Below, in pieces: positions 59,213-64,000 of a stretch of 64,000 bases of DNA. The DNA is from Chthoniobacteraceae bacterium. Lineage in GTDB: Bacteria > Verrucomicrobiota > Verrucomicrobiia > Chthoniobacterales > Chthoniobacteraceae. The notes beneath the pieces are model-generated. The model was given only the letters and a program-made list of their open reading frames with translations. It was not told where the DNA came from and did not search any database. Numbering within the stretch: the first letter of the stretch is position 1; every line of letters begins with the position of its first letter. The stretch spans positions 1 to 64,000 of the forward strand of contig JBBCKI010000013.1 in assembly GCA_037190965.1 (NCBI GenBank), written 5' to 3'. The position numbers were made by a program, and so were the translations under genes.

Positions 59213-60505
59213 TTACAGTCCCAGCTTGCGGAAGGTCTCGTCGATGTGGCGGAAGTGGATGTCGAGCGAGCAGAACTCCTCGATCTCCGCAGGGGAGATC
59301 AGGGCCATGATTTCGGCCTCGTCGAGGAGGTTTTCCTTCAGCGAGCGGTCGCCCTGCCACGTTTTCATGGCGGCGCGCTGCACGGCCTCGTAGGCGGTTT
59401 TGCGTTCGATGCCGCGCTCGGTGAGCTTCAGGAGGATCGACTGGGAGTAGTAAAGCCCCTTGGTGATCTCCATGTTCCGCTTCATGTTCTCCGGGTAGAC
59501 GATCAGGCGATCGACCAGCTTGGTGGTGAGCTGGAGCATGTAATCGAGGAGGATCGTCGAATCGGGCATGATGATCCGCTCCACGCTGGAGTGCGAAATA
59601 TCGCGCTCGTGCCACAGGGCGACATTCTCCAGGGCAGCCATCGCGTTGCCGCGCAGGATGCGGGCCAGGCCGCTCAGCTTCTCGCCGGTAATCGGGTTGC
59701 GCTTGTGCGGCATCGCGGAGCTGCCCTTCTGGCCGGGGGAGAAATACTCTTCCACTTCCAGCACCTCGGTGCGTTGGAGATGGCGGAACTCCGTGGCCCA
59801 GCGGTCGATGCTCGCGCCGATGATCGCGAGGGTCTGCTGGAACTCCGCATGGCGGTCGCGCTGGACGACCTGCGTGCTCAGGGCGGCGGGGATCAGGCCG
59901 AGCTTTTTGCAAACGGCCTCCTCCACGCGGGGATCGAGGTGCGCGTGCGTGCCGACGGCCCCGGAAAGCTTGCCCACGCGGATGCGCTCGCGGGTCTGCT
60001 TGAGCCGTTCGATGGCGCGGCCAAACTCGTCATACATCAGCGCCATCTTGAGGCCGAAGGTGATCGGCTCCGCGTGAATGCCGTGGGAGCGCCCGATCAT
60101 CGGGGTGTTCTTGAACTCGTGCGCCTTCTTGGCGATGGCGACGCGCAGGGCTTCGAGATCTTCGAGCAGCAGGCCGCAGGCCTCGTTCATCTGGACGGCG
60201 AGGGTCGTGTCGAGCACGTCCGAGGAGGTCATCCCCTGGTGGATCCAGCGCGCGGCTGGCCCGACGTAACTGGCGACGTTCTCCAGAAACGCGATGACGT
60301 CGTGGTTGGTGCGGCGCTCGATTTCCTGGATCTCGGGCAGCGAAAAGCGCCCTTTTTCGCGGATGGTTTCGGCGTCGGCCTTGGGGATTACGCCGATCTC
60401 GGCTTGCGCCTCGCAGGCGAGGGTTTCAATCTCCAGCCAGATTTCGTACTTGTGCTGCTCTTCCCAGAGCGCAGCCATTTTAGGAAAAGAATAACGGTCG
60501 ATCAC
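59213..60505 (-). CDS. purB: Adenylosuccinate lyase
   Basis: [35 protein letters not shown]. Confidence 0.98.
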   Translation of the reverse strand: MIDRYSFPKMAALWEEQHKYEIWLEIETLACEAQAEIGVIPKADAETIREKGRFSLPEIQEIERRTNHDVIAFLENVASYVGPAARWIHQGMTSSDVLDTTLAVQMNEACGLLLEDLEALRVAIAKKAHEFKNTPMIGRSHGIHAEPITFGLKMALMYDEFGRAIERLKQTRERIRVGKLSGAVGTHAHLDPRVEEAVCKKLGLIPAALSTQVVQRDRHAEFQQTLAIIGASIDRWATEFRHLQRTEVLEVEEYFSPGQKGSSAMPHKRNPITGEKLSGLARILRGNAMAALENVALWHERDISHSSVERIIMPDSTILLDYMLQLTTKLVDRLIVYPENMKRNMEITKGLYYSQSILLKLTERGIERKTAYEAVQRAAMKTWQGDRSLKENLLDEAEIMALISPAEIEEFCSLDIHFRHIDETFRKLGL

Positions 60506-60594
60506 CCGGGGAGGATAGGAAGCCCGCCGCCTCTGAAAAGCTTTTTTGATGAGCGGCTGATGGAAAATTAAGTTTCCGATTTGGAGGATTTCAA

Positions 60595-60756
60595 GGTAGC
60601 CCGTTCTCGCCGAGAGCGCGGGAGTTGATCTGGAAGGCGCGTTTGACCTCCATCCTCTCAGGACCGGCGCTGAGGGTGTTGGGATGCGGCCTTCATGAGG
60701 CGCGGGGCCAAACCCCGCGCTCGACGGCGCGAGCGCGCTACCGGTGCTGCCGCACC
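60595..60756 (+). repeat. Family A REPIN-like element, copy 6
   Basis: GGTAGCCCGTTCTCGCCGAGAGCG ... CGCTCGACGGCGCGAGCGCGCTACC then GGTGCTGCCGCACC; spacer closest to copy 5. Confidence 0.9.
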
Positions 60757-60863
60757 ATTTTTTCTTTTCGTCCCTTGGCGGGCTTTGTGGCCTTGGCGCG
60801 AGCTGTTGGGCGCAGGATGTCTGCCGGGGCGGAAATTCGCTCTTGCCGGGAGGGTGGCGAAAA

Positions 60864-60898
60864 TCGCAATTAAAAGAAGGCGATTTGCAATTCGAAGA
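60864..60898 (+). promoter_or_regulatory. Tandem direct-repeat operator candidate upstream of araC
   Basis: TCGCAATTAAAAGA-N7-TTGCAATTCGAAGA (21-bp period). Confidence 0.6.
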
Positions 60899-60998
60899 AA
60901 GTTAGGCTTGGTTCGGCCTGTTAGAACAACGGCTTCATCCTGATCGTTCCCATTGTCCAACCGACACCAATTCTAGAAAACGCGGGATTGACCTTACT

Positions 60999-61943
60999 TT
61001 GAGCCATTCGAACCACGAGAAAGCCCTTCTTTTTGAGCGCCCGGTCTGGAACAAGATCGACGGCACCTGGAAACCTTTGTACGGCGGATTTCTGGACCTT
61101 GGCGCGAGCATTGAATGGCACGACTTCCGGGTGGATGAGCCGCTCCCCTGGTCCGACAGCTTCCACCAGAACAGCCTGGAGATTTGTCTCAACTACACCG
61201 GGACGGCGGAACTGCGCCTCGGGTCGAAGCTGCTGAAGCTCGGCAACGAACAGATCGCCATTTATACCTCCCGGGACGAGCCGCCCACGGCGGTGCGCCA
61301 CGCCAATTCCGCGCACCGGTTCATGACGCTGGAGTTTTCCATCGACTATCTCCGCTGCCAATTGGAGGGGATGATGGACGGAGTAATTCCGGGTATTCGC
61401 CGTTTTCTCGAAAGCCCGGAGCGCACCGACCTCTGGATGGAGGCTCGCCCCCTTCCGAGTACGCTTTTGGCGATCCGCGCCAGCATGCTGGAGCCCCCGG
61501 TCGGCTCCGCGGCACTCCCAGCGTGGTATCGGAGCAAGATTCTCGAAGTGCTTGCCCAGACGGTCTTTGTTGCCGACGCCCCGGACGAACTTTTCTGCGA
61601 GCGCCATAAGCGCCTTAATCGCGAGCGGGTCGACCGGGTGCGCTACCTGATCCAGCGCGACATCGAGAATCCGCCCAGCCTCGACATGCTGGCCCAGGAG
61701 GTCGATTGCAGCCCCTTCTACCTCAGTCGCCTTTTCGCGGAAGAGGCCGGGGTTTCTCTGCCCAAATACCTCCGCCTCAAACGGGTGGAGAAGGCGGCGG
61801 AGCTGATCAAGGAAAGCGGGATGAGCGTTACCGACGCCGCCATGGCGGTCGGTTACTCCAGCCTGAGCGCCTTCCATAAGGCGTTTGTGGAGCGGCACGG
61901 GGTTTCGCCAAGCCAGTATGGGTTGAAGAAGGGGCGGAAGTAG
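60999..61943 (+). CDS. AraC-family transcriptional regulator (PchR/YbtA-like)
   Basis: NPPSLDMLA...SPFYLSRLF and SVTDAAMAVGYSSLSAF.KAF...G.SP dual HTH; TTG start. Confidence 0.92.
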   Translation: MSHSNHEKALLFERPVWNKIDGTWKPLYGGFLDLGASIEWHDFRVDEPLPWSDSFHQNSLEICLNYTGTAELRLGSKLLKLGNEQIAIYTSRDEPPTAVRHANSAHRFMTLEFSIDYLRCQLEGMMDGVIPGIRRFLESPERTDLWMEARPLPSTLLAIRASMLEPPVGSAALPAWYRSKILEVLAQTVFVADAPDELFCERHKRLNRERVDRVRYLIQRDIENPPSLDMLAQEVDCSPFYLSRLFAEEAGVSLPKYLRLKRVEKAAELIKESGMSVTDAAMAVGYSSLSAFHKAFVERHGVSPSQYGLKKGRK

Positions 61944-62056
61944 GGGGATGCTGCAGGTTAGGCCGGTGGTTTAGCCTGTTTGTGCCGCCTTCAGAGGGAG
62001 TGATATGAGTGATGATGCAGTGCGGAAAGAACTCCATTGACACTTCAATGGAAATC

Positions 62057-62096
62057 CAAAAAAACGCTTCCCGTTAATTGATTGGCGGGAAGCGTT
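62057..62096 (-). terminator. Intrinsic terminator of the PEP-CTERM gene
   Basis: AACGCTTCCCG...CGGGAAGCGTT stem with a T-run on the minus strand. Confidence 0.75.
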
Positions 62097-62119
62097 GAAT
62101 ATTGAAGGGAAACCGTCAA

Positions 62120-62923
62120 TCAGGCTTGCACTGTGCGCCTCCGGCGAAGGGCAAAGACGCCAGCCGCTCCGCTGGTGAGAAGCAGCGCCCATGTGGAGGG
62201 CTCGGGAACGACCGAGTAATTGTAAACGGTGTCCGTCTGATCGAGACGCACTTCATAAACCTGCGCATGCGGCACGGCGGAGAACTGGATCTCGAAGGAG
62301 TTGATCGTAGCGTCGACGCTCCACTGGAAATAATAGGTATTTCTGTAAAGATCCTGCTCCGGTTCGCCCGGAGGCGTGAACGTTCCAGTGTAAACCTGAC
62401 TGATCAGAAAGGTGAAATTAGCGTCCAGTTCAACGGTTGATCCTCCGGAGGTTACAAAGAGGGTTGGTCCGCTAAATAGATCGTATCCAGATGCCTCACC
62501 GATATCGATCTGGAAACCGATGGTTCTTACGCCGGAAAGCATGTTCACCGGCCTGATTCCTATGGTGCCCCCGAGGGAGTTTGCCTCCACAGCTCCCGCG
62601 CCGAAATAGAGGCTCTCGCCTCCGATGTACGGGCCGCCACCGCTTGCTCCATTGGCTACTTTATAGAGCTGTGCGGCGTGGCCCGCGCTGCCGAGGCTGC
62701 TCGGAGCTGAATTATTCCAAGACGTATTCCAGGCATTCGTTCCGGGATATCCGCCGTAGTAGCCCTTATAAACGTTCCAGTTATTGTTGCCGTAGTTAAA
62801 ATTATCGAGTTGCCAGCCATCCCACGAGGTGTTGCCGGTAAAGGGGACATTGACTATCTGTGCCAGTGCTGCTCCCGAGAGGGCAAGCGAAGATAAGAGC
62901 AAGAGACTCAGTTTTCGGATCAT
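62120..62923 (-). CDS. PEP-CTERM sorting domain surface protein
   Basis: Signal peptide; C-terminal VPEPSTWALL-TM-RRRR. Confidence 0.93.
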   Translation of the reverse strand: MIRKLSLLLLSSLALSGAALAQIVNVPFTGNTSWDGWQLDNFNYGNNNWNVYKGYYGGYPGTNAWNTSWNNSAPSSLGSAGHAAQLYKVANGASGGGPYIGGESLYFGAGAVEANSLGGTIGIRPVNMLSGVRTIGFQIDIGEASGYDLFSGPTLFVTSGGSTVELDANFTFLISQVYTGTFTPPGEPEQDLYRNTYYFQWSVDATINSFEIQFSAVPHAQVYEVRLDQTDTVYNYSVVPEPSTWALLLTSGAAGVFALRRRRTVQA

Positions 62924-62960
62924 TTCCCAATGAGTATCAGCTCTCCATATCGCACAGCTA

Positions 62961-62995
62961 TCTTCGAATTGCGATTTTGTGTCTCTCTTTTGCGA
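62961..62995 (-). promoter_or_regulatory. Tandem direct-repeat operator candidate upstream of the PEP-CTERM gene
   Basis: Minus strand: TCGCAAAAGAGAGA-N7-TCGCAATTCGAAGA (21-bp period). Confidence 0.6.
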
Positions 62996-63021
62996 CGGTC
63001 CTACTGCATCCGGATAGAGGA

Positions 63022-63056
63022 CCGCAAGAATCAGTAAACTGAGTGCAAGTCGAAGG
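63022..63056 (+). promoter_or_regulatory. Weaker tandem operator candidate upstream of the prepilin gene
   Basis: CCGCAAGAATCAGT-N7-GTGCAAGTCGAAGG (21-bp period). Confidence 0.4.
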
Positions 63057-63187
63057 AAGTTCTAAGAAAAGGAACGTGGTAGCTTCATCTTTCTTCGAAC
63101 TCGTTGCGCAATACATCCGCTGCAGGGTTGACTCCTGACCGGCTGGATTGCCGGGACTCCGAAGGGAACCGAGTATATCACCATTTA

Positions 63188-64000
63188 ATGAAAGATTCGC
63201 AATCCTCCAGTTTTCCCCAGAACTGTTTGAAGGTACCTGCCAGAGTCTCCGCATTCACGGTTGTTGAGCTGCTGGTCGTCGTAGCAATTTCGGCCGTCGT
63301 TCTTGGAATGGGAGGGGCGGTTTTTAGTTCTGTTCGCAAAAGCGGGATGATGGCGCAGGAGCTTGCGGCAGGCCGGACGTTGATTACGGCTTATCTCTCA
63401 TACGCGGCTGAAAATAATAATCGGCTGATGCCGGCGTTCGATCAGCGTCCCAACAACGTCTGGTTTGAGCCCGACAAGAAGGAGCTTTCCGGCTCCGGTG
63501 CGCTTTCGCAAATGGTTTATCGGTATCCTTACCGGCTCGCACCCTATTTTGGCTACAAAATGGATGGGGTGATCCTTAGCAAAGCGAACTCCAGCAAAGT
63601 TCAGGATGTTCGGGCCACGCAGGGGGCTGACATGGCCTACTATGAAACTAGTGCCATGCCGATGTTTGGAATCAACGAGACCTTTGTGGGTGGGAAAATC
63701 GTAAAATTGCCCACGCGAATGCAGCCGGGGGAATTTGGAGAGTATGGATACGATCCCCTGTCAGCCACTGAAACGATCGGTAATACTCTGGGCGGCAGGA
63801 GGATAATTGTGTTTGCCTCGGCCGGGTCGGGAACCGGATCCAACGCAATGGGCGGGTATTTCAGGGTTGATAGTCCGACTACGGCTTCCCAAACTTGGTT
63901 GAACAGCCATTGGGCGGCCAATAGCGACCCCGCCACCTTCGGACGTGTGGATGCCCGCTTCGAAGGCCGGGCGCTGTGTGTTTTTCTCGATGGAAGTGTC
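63188..64000 (+). CDS. Prepilin-type N-terminal cleavage/methylation protein with H-X9-DG-like tail (runs off the window)
   Basis: Absent from the ORF track because no stop is in the window; translated by hand at both ends: MKDSQ...AFTVVELLVVVAI...YAAENNNRLMP and, in frame, DARFEGRALCVFLDGSV. Confidence 0.85.
   Translation, partial: MKDSQSSSFPQNCLKVPARVSAFTVVELLVVVAISAVVLGMGGAVFSSVRKSGMMAQELAAGRTLITAYLSYAAENNNRLMPAFDQRPNNVWFEPDKKELSGSGALSQMVYRYPYRLAPYFGYKMDGVILSKANSSKVQDVRATQGADMAYYETSAMPMFGINETFVGGKIVKLPTRMQPGEFGEYGYDPLSATETIGNTLGGRRIIVFASAGSGTGSNAMGGYFRVDSPTTASQTWLNSHWAANSDPATFGRVDARFEGRALCVFLDGSV

Noticed and set aside
56735..60571. Long plus-strand ORFs (789 aa and 473 aa)
   Set aside because: Antisense to ffh, the deacetylase and purB, which are clearly the real genes
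12805..60756. Dispersed repeats as a CRISPR array
   Set aside because: Copies are kilobases apart with inverted arms; there is no repeat-spacer periodicity and no cas gene
62929..62948. Fur box before the PEP-CTERM gene (AATGAGTATCAGCTCTCCAT)
   Set aside because: Only one half resembles the Fur consensus; too weak to call

Overview
GC-rich bacterial chromosome segment, probably Verrucomicrobiota/PVC. This is inferred from a PEP-CTERM protein, a prepilin/H-X9-DG-type gene, a double-length UvrA, a DUF1800/DUF1501 pair and an extended ECF sigma factor. Left to right it holds: an AbiEi/AbiEii type IV toxin-antitoxin pair; five GT4 glycosyltransferases plus a Wzy/O-antigen-ligase-like gene; a HEPN/MNT pair; an orphan ABC binding protein; rplU-rpmA; metabolic genes (SDRs, GT-C transferase, ferredoxin sulfite/nitrite reductase, GNAT, larB, 2-hydroxyacid dehydrogenase, FIST, SASA esterase); a T2SS operon (gspGHIJKLM-C-D, no E/F) with an aspartyl protease; sbcD; an RraB-SseB fusion; three small phage-like DNA-binding genes; GH114; dgt; two PG-binding paralogs; squalene synthase; HU; uvrA; an apparently broken ECF-ankyrin gene; khpA-rpsP-ffh; purB; and an AraC / PEP-CTERM / prepilin module. 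No rRNA, tRNA, CRISPR array, integrase or transposase was seen. The most notable non-coding signals are (i) a shared tandem motif with 21-bp period upstream of all three genes of the AraC module and (ii) several unrelated families of extragenic palindromic repeats, dominated by a ~145-bp GTAG-type REPIN-like element (6 full and 2 partial copies). All family assignments come from motif recognition by eye, not database searches.
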